Source: Neophaeotheca triangularis
Taxonomy: Eukaryota
Reading direction: 5' to 3'
DNA length: 64,000 nucleotides
NCBI GenBank assembly: GCA_054600435.1
Contig: BAAIJX010000002.1
Span: 806,001-870,000, forward strand
Position numbers and translations under genes: made by a program. This document shows positions 47,254-58,288 of the stretch, one piece after another (position 1 is the first letter of the stretch; every line of letters begins with the position of its first letter). The notes under the pieces are model-generated. The model was not told the DNA's origin. It saw nothing but the letters and a program-made list of their open reading frames with translations, and ran no database searches.

Positions 47254-49445
47254 ATGGCGCCCAACTTCCCCGACAACCTGACCCCAGCTAATCCAACCGG
47301 CCCCTCCACCCTCGCCACCGCCCGCGCAACCTCCAACCTCCCAATCCCCGAACTCTCTCACCACCTCCTCTCCCGGCAAAATTTCCTGGCGCGACAAACC
47401 CGCATCCTGCCCCTGCTAGAGGCCGACCCCGTATTCAACAAGCGCAAACAACAAAACCTCTCCCGCCCCGACCGCTACCGTCTTGGACTCGCTCGAGCCA
47501 AGAAACTCCGTCGTCTGGCTGATCAAGATGCCTGGACTGACCTGGATTCCGAGATGGCCGCTTATCTCGTCGATGATGTTAGCCCGTATATGGTGCATGT
47601 TAGCATGTTTGTGACGACGGTGCGGGAGCAGGGGAATGAGCGGCAGAAGCGCGAATGGTTGCCTCGGATTGAGGGATGGAAGGCTGTGGGGTGCTACGCG
47701 CAGTAAGTTCAAGCATTGCTTTGGGGAGGGAGGGTGGTGTTTCAAAGTGGAGCTTCCACTGATGCTGTTGATGTAGGACGGAGTTAGGACACGGCAGCAA
47801 CGTTAGAGGCATTGAGACACAAGCGCGCTGGGACCCGAAGGCTAAGGAGTTCGTGTTGCATAGTCCGTCGCTAACGGCTGCCAAGTGGTGGAATGGGAGT
47901 ATGGGCCGTACGGCTAATACTGCTATTGTTGTTGCGCAGCTGCTTGTGCCGAAGTCAGCAGAGAACGAGGAATTGGTCAATCATGGACCGCATCCTTTCA
48001 TCGTGCAGATACGGGATTGGGACACACATTTGCCGCTTGAAGGGATTGTGGTGGGAGATATTGGGGTCAAGTATGGGTATCAGCCCAGTAAGTACGTTTT
48101 ATGCTTTCTCGAGGCGGGAGTGCTGACGGATATTGTAGTGGACAACGGATACATGCTCTTCAACAACCACCGCGTCAGCCACGATAGTATGCTCTCAAAG
48201 TACTCTTGGGTCGATCCAAATACATGCACGTACAGCAAGCCTGCCAATCCCGCCGTCGTTTATGGGAGTTTGACAGCTGTCCGCGCTAGTATCATCATGC
48301 ATGCTCGTTTGGTACTCGCTCGAGCAGTGACGGTCGCAGTTCGATACACTGCCATCCGCCACCAATTCCAAGACCGCGACAGCAGCGAAAAGTCCGCCCC
48401 CGAAATTCCAGTGCTCGACTACCCGACCGTGCAAATACGCATCCTCCCTCTTCTCGCCACAGCTTTCGCTCTCCACTATACCGGCGAGGCAATGCACGAT
48501 CTCTATTCAAACACCAGAGCGGACATCGATAAGGGCGATTTCAGCAAGCTCGCAGTGTTGCATGCGCAATCTTCTGGCCTCAAAAGTCTTTGCACCGAAC
48601 TTGCTGCCAACGGTATCGAGACTTGTCGTAGAGCGATGGGCGGGCATGGATTTGGAGGCGGTAGTGGGTTGATCCAGTTGAATGCCGATTACCTTAGCAA
48701 GCCAACGGTCGAGGGCGATAATTGGATGATTACACAGCAAACGGCTAGCTACCTCATCAAGCGTATGCAAGGGGCTGCAGAAGCAAAGTCCGACTCCAAG
48801 GATGAGTTTGAGCGGGACTGTCAGGCACATTTGCGCGAAAGAGGAAAGCATACGACATCCGATCTCGACATCTTTAACAACGACGATCACATTGTGGAAG
48901 CTTTTAAACGCCGATCCCGCGACCAAACCTACCGAGCCTACATTGAGCGGGTGCAGAAAAAGCGCAGCTGGAACAGCCTTCTCATCCAACTGCGGAAAGT
49001 CAGTCACGCCGAATCTCAATCGATCCTTGTTAGCAATTTCCATACCGCGCTTTACAATCAATCTCTCTCGCATACCTTGGGAGACCACCTTCGCAACCTC
49101 TTCCGCCTCTTTGCTCTCTACAGTCTTGACACCGAAGGCCGAGATTTTGTCAAAGCCAAAGCAATCTCTGATGATGTACTCGATGAGCTTCCGGCTCGGA
49201 TTCAACAGCTGATGGGGGAGATACGACCGCATGCTGTGAGTCTAGTCGATGCATGGCAGATTCCGGACTTTTTGCTGGATTCTGCGCTCGGTAGGAGTGA
49301 CGGGAAGGTGTATGAGGATTTGTTTAACAGGGCGCACAGGCTGAATCCGTTGAATGAGGTTACGTTCAATTCGGATTACACGAGTGATGAGATTGAGATG
49401 GGCGATGGGGGCGAAAGTTTGAGGGCGATACTTGCAAAGCTGTAG
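47254..49445 (+). CDS. peroxisomal acyl-CoA oxidase, C-terminal AKL; exons 47254-47702, 47777-48087 and 48139-49445
   Basis: GCYAQ|TELGHGSNVRGIET, AAKWW, GDIGVKYGYQP|MDNG, AVRYTAIRHQF, ETCRRAMGGHG, TVEGDN, LDSALGRSDGKVYE. Introns 47703-47776 and 48088-48138 (in frame, 51 nt). Confidence 0.96.
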
Positions 49446-49512
49446 TGTAGCGTTTGGAGCGACAACGAGATAGTCAAAACTTCGTCTAGATTCGTCGTAC
49501 GCGGGAAAGGGT

Positions 49513-50253
49513 TTAGATCTTCGCCTTGGCAGGCAAATCCGTCCTCTTCCCATGCACATAACTAATCTCCCTAAACAGCCTCGCCGCTTCACCATAAAGC
49601 TCATTCCGCAAAAGCGCATAAACCCCCATCTCCGCCTTGCCCGCCCACAACCCCGCCAACTCCACCGCCTTCCCCTCCAGCTCCTCCGGCTTGGCAACTG
49701 CATCGACAATTCCATCCTCCAACGCCTGCTTCCCTGTCCACCGCTTCGCCTCCAACAACATCGACCTCGCCACCTGCGGCCGCAACTTCAACCGCAACAA
49801 TGCCCCTATCCCCGGAAAATGCAACCCCAGATTCACAGGCGGCATGCAAAAGAAGCCGCGCTCGGAGTTCATAACCCGATAATCGTGCGCCAGCGCCAAC
49901 GGGCACGCTCCGCCGAACGTATGCCCGGTCACGCACGCGATAGTCGGGTACGGAAAATCCAGGATGGTGGCAAGGAGCGGGAAGAAGCCGTCGCTGTTGG
50001 CGAAGGGGTTGGAATCGCTTTCTTCCAGTTCAAGACCCGTGCACCAGTATTTGAAGTCAACTCCGCGGGTTATGACTGCGCCGGGGGTGTTGGGGCCCAA
50101 GGTGGTTTCGATTTGCCGGAAGAGGGCGATTAGGCGTTGGCAGTAGGTGGAGTTGAGGCGGTTCTCTGGCGCTTTGCGCAGCGTGATTATGAAGATGTTG
50201 GAGGGGTGGCGGTCTAGGGTGAGATCCGGGGTGTTGACTAGGGATTCGAGCAT
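49513..50253 (-). CDS. crotonase-family enoyl-CoA delta-isomerase/hydratase, C-terminal AKI
   Basis: PENRLN, CTGLEL, PTIACVTGHTFGGACPLALAHDYRVM, ALEDGIVD; resembles peroxisomal ECI-type enzymes. Confidence 0.9.
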   Translation of the reverse strand: MLESLVNTPDLTLDRHPSNIFIITLRKAPENRLNSTYCQRLIALFRQIETTLGPNTPGAVITRGVDFKYWCTGLELEESDSNPFANSDGFFPLLATILDFPYPTIACVTGHTFGGACPLALAHDYRVMNSERGFFCMPPVNLGLHFPGIGALLRLKLRPQVARSMLLEAKRWTGKQALEDGIVDAVAKPEELEGKAVELAGLWAGKAEMGVYALLRNELYGEAARLFREISYVHGKRTDLPAKAKI

Positions 50254-50398
50254 GGTTTGTGGGTGGGGTGGGGTGCAGGATGATGTTGGTAGATGTCGTT
50301 GTTGGATGTCGTTGCTTTGTTTTGGGCGTTTAGGTGCTTAGTCTGTATTCATTCTTAAGTTTTGTCGATTTGGTGTCACTGTTTGAGTCGAAAGATGA

Positions 50399-50408
50399 AC
50401 CGAGGATA
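50399..50408. promoter_or_regulatory. ACCGAGGATA, FarA/FarB-type site in the divergent isomerase/hydrolase promoter (second CCGAGG at 50672-50677)
   Basis: Exact repeat of the 10-mer at 46968. Confidence 0.55.
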
Positions 50409-50841
50409 CTTAATGTCGATCTCTGCAGGCGGGGAAGTGATGGTGAGCTTGCTGGAGGCTACTTTGATTGCTCCTGCTTTGTATCTACCGATCTATCCAA
50501 AAAATTGCCTATACAAACAGGAATTCAACAAACACTGCAAATACATGTTAGGGGCAATGTAATGTAAGCGACACATCATGGTATTTAAACCATGTCGTCG
50601 TCCTCATTAATCCGGTGAAGCTTCACTTGAGAATGCTCCAGTCCCAATGTGGTTAGCGCCGACACTGATAGCCGAGGCTTGGAGCTTAAATCCGACGTCA
50701 GCTCTTCCCAACCGAGCTGTGTCCGGGTGTTATCATCGCTGCGATGTTCAGCATCGTTGCCATTCTTACTCTCCCTTTTGTTGCACCTGAATATCAAAAG
50801 TGAAGCATAGTCATTCGTGATAGTCCGCCAGCATACCCGCC

Positions 50842-51777
50842 ATGACCAACTTTGAAACAGAAGAGGCTTCCCTCACGACGCCAGATGGCCATGAGTTGTT
50901 CACCAAAACATGGAGAGCCTCAGGCTCACCGAAAGCTCGCCTGGTATTCATTCATGGCTTCTCTGACTACTGCGACACTCACGACCCGCTCTTTCCCATG
51001 TTGGCTGAGCAAGGAATCACTACTTATTCATTCGATCAAAGAGGCTGGGGCCGCAGCGTCCGCAATCCCAAGCAGAAAGGTCTCTCCGGACCCACCAGCC
51101 AAGTCATGGACGACATAACCTTCTTCATCAAGCAATTACCCAATGATGAAAGCACGCCGCTATTCTTAATGGGCCACTCAATGGGCGGTGCTCAAATATT
51201 AACCTACGCGAGTACTGGCCCGAAAGAAGTTCTCGGCAGGATAAGAGGCTTCCTTGCCGAAGCACCTTTTATAGCCTTGCATCCTTCCAGTAGGCCCTGG
51301 AGGCTGACTGTCATACTTGGAAGACTGGCTGGCAGGCTTCTTCCGCACCAGCATATGGTAAACAAGCTCGATCCTTCGCTGATCTGCCGCGATGCCGACG
51401 TCTGCAAAGCTTACGAGGAAGATATGCTCTGCCATGACACCGGGACGTTGGAAGGGCTTGCGGGGATGCTGGATAGAGCTGGCAACCTTGAAGACAGCAG
51501 AGTGGTGCTTGGTGAAGGAGTGGGCGAGGGCGGGAAGACCAGACTGTGGCTAGGCCACGGCACCGCCGACTACATCTGCGATTTCGAAGGAGCCAAGAAG
51601 TGGTTTGAGAAGACAAAGGTCGAAGATAAAGAGCTGAAGGTGTACGAGGGTTGGTACCACAAACTCCACAATGAGCCGGGAGAGGACAAGAAAATCTTCG
51701 CAAACGACGTAGCGAAGTGGATCCTGGACCGATGTGAGGATGGGGCCGTTGTCGGCGGTGAGAGAGCAAGGTTGTGA
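50842..51777 (+). CDS. alpha/beta hydrolase, monoglyceride lipase (Yju3-like), C-terminal ARL
   Basis: FIHGFSD, FDQRGWGRS, nucleophile GHSMGG, HGTADYIC, YEGWYHKLHNEP. Confidence 0.92.
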   Translation: MTNFETEEASLTTPDGHELFTKTWRASGSPKARLVFIHGFSDYCDTHDPLFPMLAEQGITTYSFDQRGWGRSVRNPKQKGLSGPTSQVMDDITFFIKQLPNDESTPLFLMGHSMGGAQILTYASTGPKEVLGRIRGFLAEAPFIALHPSSRPWRLTVILGRLAGRLLPHQHMVNKLDPSLICRDADVCKAYEEDMLCHDTGTLEGLAGMLDRAGNLEDSRVVLGEGVGEGGKTRLWLGHGTADYICDFEGAKKWFEKTKVEDKELKVYEGWYHKLHNEPGEDKKIFANDVAKWILDRCEDGAVVGGERARL

Positions 51778-52271
51778 GGTTGGTTTTCGAGGCTGGATTC
51801 TGGTGAATTGGTAACGGACCACCATACCCCTTCGCCTGTCGCCGCGTCCCGGCAACATCGCAAAAGCCACGTCCAGGAGATGTCCCACGGAAACGACCTC
51901 GCTCAAGGCGCCGCTGCCACTTGACTTCCTTTATAGTAACTACCCAGACTCGTTATAGGAACTAGTCCGCACGATGTATAGGCACGTTAGCGATGATCTT
52001 TACAACTGACAGTCGCTAGCGTCCGCGTGGTATTTGCGTTAGGGCGTCGTGCCTAAGAAACGTCGCGTTAAGAAAGATGGCTGCACACAAAGGCGCTGTA
52101 TTGACGGTGTACGATCGTTATGAACTATTAGGCGTCACTCCACGAGGCTGCCAGAGCGGCCACAAAAACGGCTTCCCCTGTTGCCCAATTCCTCGAACTA
52201 ATCCACTCTCGAAACCACACCAATCTCACACACTCACAACACCAACTCTCTTCTGAACCGTCAAATTTCCA

Positions 52272-52319
52272 CAACACACACAACACACACAACACACACA
52301 ACACACCCAACACACCCAA
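52272..52319. repeat. 9-bp tandem repeat (CAACACACA/CAACACACC, about 5 copies)
   Basis: Directly visible, about 25 nt upstream of the ATG at 52345. Confidence 0.9.
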
Positions 52320-52344
52320 TTCCATTACATCACTTCGAGGCATC

Positions 52345-53856
52345 ATGCCACGCAGGCGAGCTCAACCAGCTTCTCGTACTCCTTCTCCCTCCATCAGGGG
52401 TGGTTCTTCCCAGCCACGGGCAAGGGCAGGAACTCCTAGCAGAGGAGTCCAGCAGTCTCCAGCGCCGGCTCCACCGCCCGTTGGACGAGCCAACCCATCC
52501 ACTCCTTCCCGAGGAGGGGGTAATCGCCCTTCTGCTACGCCAGCTTCTCAGTCCCCAGCTCCGCCGCCCCGCGGCCGAGCCAACCCATCTACTCCATCGC
52601 GGGAAGGCGGTAACCGCCCTCCTACTGCGCCAATTCCAAGTGGAGGTGGTCAAGTTCGGCCGTCAGCAAGTGGTTCTACTTCAACCCCATCCGGATTCGG
52701 CCAACGGAGGCCATCCTTCGGAGGAAACAACCGCCCACCCCCTGTCTCAGCACGGTCGGGATCTCGTCAGCGTGCTTCGTCGAGAGGTCGAGACACCCGC
52801 CTACCCTCTGAAATAGCTCAGCCACAGTTCGTGCGGCAGGTTGCGGCCTCGACGTTAGCCCACCACCGGAACTCCCTCAGAGGCACCTTCCCATCTCAGG
52901 GCTTTTTTAGAGAACGCGATTCGTATGTTGGCGACAGGAATAGAGGCACTCCTGAGCCCTACCAACCGACTGCCAGATTTGCAGAAGCTGCCCGGCGCAC
53001 GCTTGAGGAGATGAGGGCAAACATACCTAACGACCGTCCAAATGATCGCAATCCCGATCGGAACGGCAACGTTAACGGAGATGTCAACGGTCGTCCGAAC
53101 GGCTCTAATCGCAACCGGAGCAATAACCCTGGTTCGAATGGCAACGGCAACCGGAACGGCTCTCATGAAACCCCGGACGGCAACCGCCCCTGGAATGCCA
53201 ATGGCGATCCCCATGGCCATGATGGCGTTCAGAACGGCAACGCCTTCTTCAATGGTGGCGGCAATGCTCATCAAAGCCAAGACGGACAACCACGCCGACT
53301 GGTCCCAGGCAGCGAAGAATACGAACGAGCCCAACGGGAGATGCGGGAGTTCCAGCGAGGCCAAAATCGTGCGCAACAAGAAGGGACCGCCCGAACAGAC
53401 TCTTCCAGGCGTCTACCGCAGGTCGGGGAGAACGATTATGGCGTTGCCGTCGACCGAACTCAGCAAGAGCCCGAAGGCCGGGCTGGACCTTCCAGAGGTC
53501 AGCGCCAACCTCCGAGGAGTGACGAAGTCGACTACAGCCCTCTGTTCGACCCAAATGGTCCCCATGCTCGTCAGACCAATACTCAACGGCGCCCGCGCCA
53601 GCAAAACCCCCCTCCGCAGATTGGCGCATCGAATGACTACGGTGTTCCGTACACCCCTCCTGCCAACGACCGAGCCCAGCAAGAGCCCGAAGGCCGGGCG
53701 GGACCTTCTAGACGTCGGCATCGGCGCGAGAGCGTTGGAGACAACGATTACGGCGCTCCAGTTGATCGCCGTTTCGACGATGGTCGCCATAACAATACTT
53801 CCGAAAGCGACGAGGAAGCGGCTCACCCTAACGGGTTGAGGATGAATCCTCCCTAG
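52345..53856 (+). CDS. low-complexity repeat protein (R/S/P-rich, N/G-rich segment, NDYG repeats)
   Basis: 503-aa ATG ORF with duplicated segments GRANPSTPSRxGGNRP and QQEPEGRAGPSR. Confidence 0.7.
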   Translation: MPRRRAQPASRTPSPSIRGGSSQPRARAGTPSRGVQQSPAPAPPPVGRANPSTPSRGGGNRPSATPASQSPAPPPRGRANPSTPSREGGNRPPTAPIPSGGGQVRPSASGSTSTPSGFGQRRPSFGGNNRPPPVSARSGSRQRASSRGRDTRLPSEIAQPQFVRQVAASTLAHHRNSLRGTFPSQGFFRERDSYVGDRNRGTPEPYQPTARFAEAARRTLEEMRANIPNDRPNDRNPDRNGNVNGDVNGRPNGSNRNRSNNPGSNGNGNRNGSHETPDGNRPWNANGDPHGHDGVQNGNAFFNGGGNAHQSQDGQPRRLVPGSEEYERAQREMREFQRGQNRAQQEGTARTDSSRRLPQVGENDYGVAVDRTQQEPEGRAGPSRGQRQPPRSDEVDYSPLFDPNGPHARQTNTQRRPRQQNPPPQIGASNDYGVPYTPPANDRAQQEPEGRAGPSRRRHRRESVGDNDYGAPVDRRFDDGRHNNTSESDEEAAHPNGLRMNPP

Positions 53857-53949
53857 ATGCTACGGCTCCAATGGCTCTATGACAGGAGCACTGGCGGTAC
53901 TCACTAGTACTGCCTCTGCAACCAGGATGGTTAAATCTCTTCGACTGCT

Positions 53950-55450
53950 TTGGAGTTTTAATGGTTTTTTCCTTTGGCGGCGGCATTAGACATCCGGCGT
54001 TTACGTGTCTAAGTGATATACCCTGTCTTTTCTTTTCAAGCCTGGATACTTGCGAGGCTCGGCTTGCACTCGGGAGGTCTGCTTGATCCTGCCAGTTGCC
54101 GCCCTTCGGAGGAAGTCCGCCAGGATGGGCTTGCTGCGTTTTAGTGCGTCGGATTTTTCTTTCAGCTTTGCACATATTTCTTCATATCTCTTCATATCTT
54201 TGTATCATAATCAGTATCTTATTATGTTTTCAGTCGCATCGTCCCAGTATGATCCTGCAGTCTCCCTACTTAATGCATGACCCTTGTATCATGCTACTAG
54301 AGGATAAAAGCTCTCGTCGGTCTACCTCATCGGGTATTAGGCTTTCGAGATGCTGTACATGATGACTCGTTTTGAGCTCCGTTCTCTGTTCGATGAACGG
54401 AGTCTGTGGGTCGACTGCATCCATGCTGTACTTTTGCGGGAATTTACCCATGAATCTCCTGCGCTCTAGAGCTAAGAGTCTCATCGACAGACCATTGCGA
54501 CTGCAATACTCGATGACAGGGACATGGTTCGTAGTTCTTGTGCGTATTACCCTCATTGTGCCTGTAGCGTCTTAATGGCAACGTTGTCTGAAAGCTTCTT
54601 AAACGATCGCGGATCCATATCATGTCGCCTGGTCAAACGGGGTTGAGGTGATATCCCTTCGGTCAATCTAATCAACCTCTTTCTCGTAGTCCTTCCAACC
54701 ACCGCAATCTACTCTACTTGTCAATGCTATAGCTTCTTGGGCCCAACGCTCCATTGACATCATTCATTCGCGGAGCAAAGATCCTAACCTAATTTCCGCG
54801 CTTTCATCAATCCCGATCCCACTTCTGCCATACGATACTAAAAATGACGTCGAACAAAGGCACAGGCAAAGCCAAGGACAAGGCTATAAGCCGATCCAGC
54901 GGTCATACTAATCGTCCTCCCCAACCTCCTCAACCCACAGGGGGCTAGACGAGACCAGCCGCTCAAACAGCTCTGGACAATGACCACTGCAGCGTCGCAG
55001 CCAGAACCCACCGCCTCGTAGACGTAGACCTTGAATTTCGAGGCCAAGGTCCGTGGTCCAGTCGCTCGTACCAATCTATCTTTCCAGCCCCACCCAGGGA
55101 CAGCGGCAACGCCGAGCGTCGCGCAACCACGACGATGAGCGTCGCAATCAATAATACGAGCATCGCAGATAAGAGGACGAACGTCGTAAGATCGCAGCCG
55201 AAGCCTGTCGCCTTGGAGACGTAGGCCGTAGATTTGATGACCCAGGCCCTCAGCGAGAGTGGTTCAGTGGCTCGAGCCGGCCCATCGTCCCAGTACCATC
55301 CAGACACAGTCGCAGCGCCGATCCTTTCAACCCGGACCTCCATTAAAAATGAAAGGACCTTTGGGTATGTAGGAATGTACACCCCCAGGTACCTCCTACT
55401 TCTGATAACGTAGGTGAAGTTGGCGGAGGCTGATGTAAGCAAGCTTGGAC
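53950..55450 (-). pseudogene. possible degenerate gene relic
   Basis: Consecutive minus-strand fragments (hydrophobic FVLLSAMLVLLIATLIVVV; charged MKRYEEICAKLKEKSDALKR) separated by stops or frame changes. Confidence 0.25.
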
Positions 55451-56589
55451 CAAGAACTCTCTTTGGACGTCCGCTGCCCTCATGGAAACTGACCTGTCCT
55501 ATACCACGCTAAAGAATATATGAATGATGACAACCGCGACTTTCATTGACGCACTGATGAAGTGCACTGTTGGTTCTCTCGCCTAAGTGCTCGGATGCAC
55601 GAAATGGTCACCGCCAATGTCCCTTGAACCACGCGCCGAGTGGGCGCTTACAGCAGCACCAACCGCATCGCTGAAACCATCAAAGCGACCGCAAACACCA
55701 ATGGCGCGACTGGCAGATATTCACGTACCACCTGTCGAGAACAACCGCCAAGTAAACCCATCTCATACACCCTGTATGTACCGCAAGACTGGGCTCGCTG
55801 CGACCAGATCCCTCGGCCATACTGCGTAGGGCAGGTCAACGATAGCCGCAGATGATGAAGCCGCCAGGCCACCACAGTCATCTTGCACGCGCCGGGCTAG
55901 CTTTTGTCGACCCAAGACATACTTTTCATCCTGAAACGCCCTCGACGAAGCAAAACAAGCGCGACGCCCGGGGCAGCCGTTTGGCATGCAGAACGCAATG
56001 TGCACGCTCACTTGCTTTTTGGGGCTCAGACGACCACTGAGTTTCCTATATCCAACTGTAACCTACAAATATGAAGTAGCGCCGGCTGAGCTACTAGCCT
56101 GCTTGGTTTCAGCCCAGCTTCGATCCCGTGGCCTTGGAAGGCCTTAACGCGAGCATCCGTCGAAGACTGTTTCGGACCTCGAGGCCGGCCTACTATAGGC
56201 CATTTACTTTAAGACACATTTGCAGGCTGAGTTCAGGAGACCACGAGCAAAAGTATAAGGCCCTACGCTTTCGCCCTTCGCCTTCGCTCTGAGGCAAGTT
56301 ACCAATCTCATCGACATCGAACAGGACCTTTACGAGTTTCCTTGAGTTTTTCCTATCTCCCTTTTTCCTTGTCTCCTTTGTCTTTTCTTGCTTTCTCTCT
56401 TCGGTCTGGAATCGGCGTCGGAAATCGTTGTGATACATTTTTCATTTCCCTCATCCCGACTCCCACACATTGCGATTACAGTGGATCTTTGGTCTTTTCG
56501 CATTCTGTCATTGACTTGCATCCCCACATTCTACTTTTCACTGATAAAGACGTACTGAATACATGCCCCACTTTAACCATCTTCCAATC

Positions 56590-57697
56590 ATGCCGAAAGA
56601 GCCCAGGAATTCGGCAACGTCCCGCGCCGGGGCAGTCATTGCACCGTACCCTCAACAAACGCCACAGCAATCTTCTTCTACCGCCAGTCAACGGGTCGCT
56701 GCTATTTGGAGTACCGCAGACGATGACATCTTGCTTCAAGCTCGAGCCACTGGCCTCAATTGGCAACCTATTGCGAGCAGACATTTCCCAAACAAAACGG
56801 CCAATGCTTGCCGTAAGAGACACGAGAGGCTCGTTGAGAGACGTGAGTGGGCTATCAAAGTGTCCCGAACGGTACTTAAAACAACGTACTAAGAATCTTA
56901 GGCCATGACGAAGAATGGGACTCCCACAAGCTCGAACTCCTCGCCGAAGAGTATCTGGCAATCCGCAGGGATATGTGGGAGATGCTCTCTTCGCGGATAG
57001 GAGAGCGATGGGCAGTCGTTGAAGCCAAAGTGAGTACACACCATCACACGCGCTTTATCGCGAATATGGCAGGACTAATCCCTCACGATAGGTCCTAGAA
57101 AAAGGCCTCAAGAATCTTCAATCCGTCACCCGTACCGCCCAACGCAAAGCCTCCGCCACGGACCAGGGTCAACCTATCAACCCCACGCACCTCCGTCCTA
57201 CCATCGGTACGGCAACAACACTAGAAGAGCAAAGCATTCCCGACCACCACAGCGACTCAGGCATAGGATTAGGCTCAGACACCGAGATGGAGGCAAGTAG
57301 CACATCTTCCACCATCCACGACACGACACGAGCCTGTCAAGTAACACTCATCCTCCGCCAGCATCTCCATCATCCCGAAACCCAAACCCTCCGCAGAGAC
57401 GATCACGCCCGCAGCCGCAGCCTTCCACAGCCCCTGCCGCTCTTCCGCCCGCCTCCTCCAATCTCAAGACGCCTTCCCTCCCCCGTCGCGGAAGACCAGC
57501 GGCCTTCGACTTCTGGGCGGTTTTCACACGGAAAGTCCGATGATAGACATGGTGGTTTTGAACCTTACCCACAGCGCCAGGGAGAGCGGTGCTCGCCGGG
57601 ATCGCAGGCGCGGGTGCAGATGCAGTCGAGGGCGGGGTTTAGTATTCAGTCTGTTTTGGCTACGCCTGTGGAGGGGGTGGGGAGGGGTGGGGCGTAG
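56590..57697 (+). CDS. Myb/SANT-like DNA-binding protein; exons 56590-56842, 56902-57029 and 57092-57697
   Basis: WSTADDDILLQARATGLNWQPIASRHFPNKTANACRKRHERL, then WDSHKLELLAEEY...MWEMLSSRIGERWAVVEAK|VLEKGLK. Two GTGAGT...CTAA(G/T)...TAG introns keep the frame. Confidence 0.9.
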
Positions 57698-58288
57698 TTT
57701 GGGGCGAAGTGGGTTGGAGAGGACGAGGGGGTGAATTTGGTGTGTTTTTTGTTTCGGGAGGTGGGAGTGGTTTACAGTGATACCCTTGGAAATGCGTTTA
57801 AGCGCTGGGTTTGTCGTCTTCGTGCTTGTACTACTAGTGTAACGAAGCTTGTGATGCTTTGGGATGGGGTTTTGGGCTGTTTTGAGGGCGTCATACAGTC
57901 TAAGTACCTAGGTAGTCACATGGTCCAATCCGTTCGAGCGTCAGTCAATACCATCCATGAATTCATTCGTCGATGGTCTCCGTCTTTTCCCTCACAGATT
58001 CCGTAGGTGCTGTCGTCTTCACATGCAGTTCTTATAGCCAAGCTCTTGTACCGTTTATCTTGTATCGATAAGAGCTTTAGCGATGACGGTGCTGTTACAG
58101 GCATACTAGGTACGGTAAGGTACTTAGTGTCTGTAACCCACCTTTAACCTGACCACATGTGCAGTGCAACCTTGACTGCTCTCCTCTAACCTTCACCCAT
58201 TGCTAGCCATCGACACAAAGTGATGTGCAACCCTGCGGCTCACTGCCATCTACCAATACCTTTCCTACCACCAGATTGAACCGCCAAA

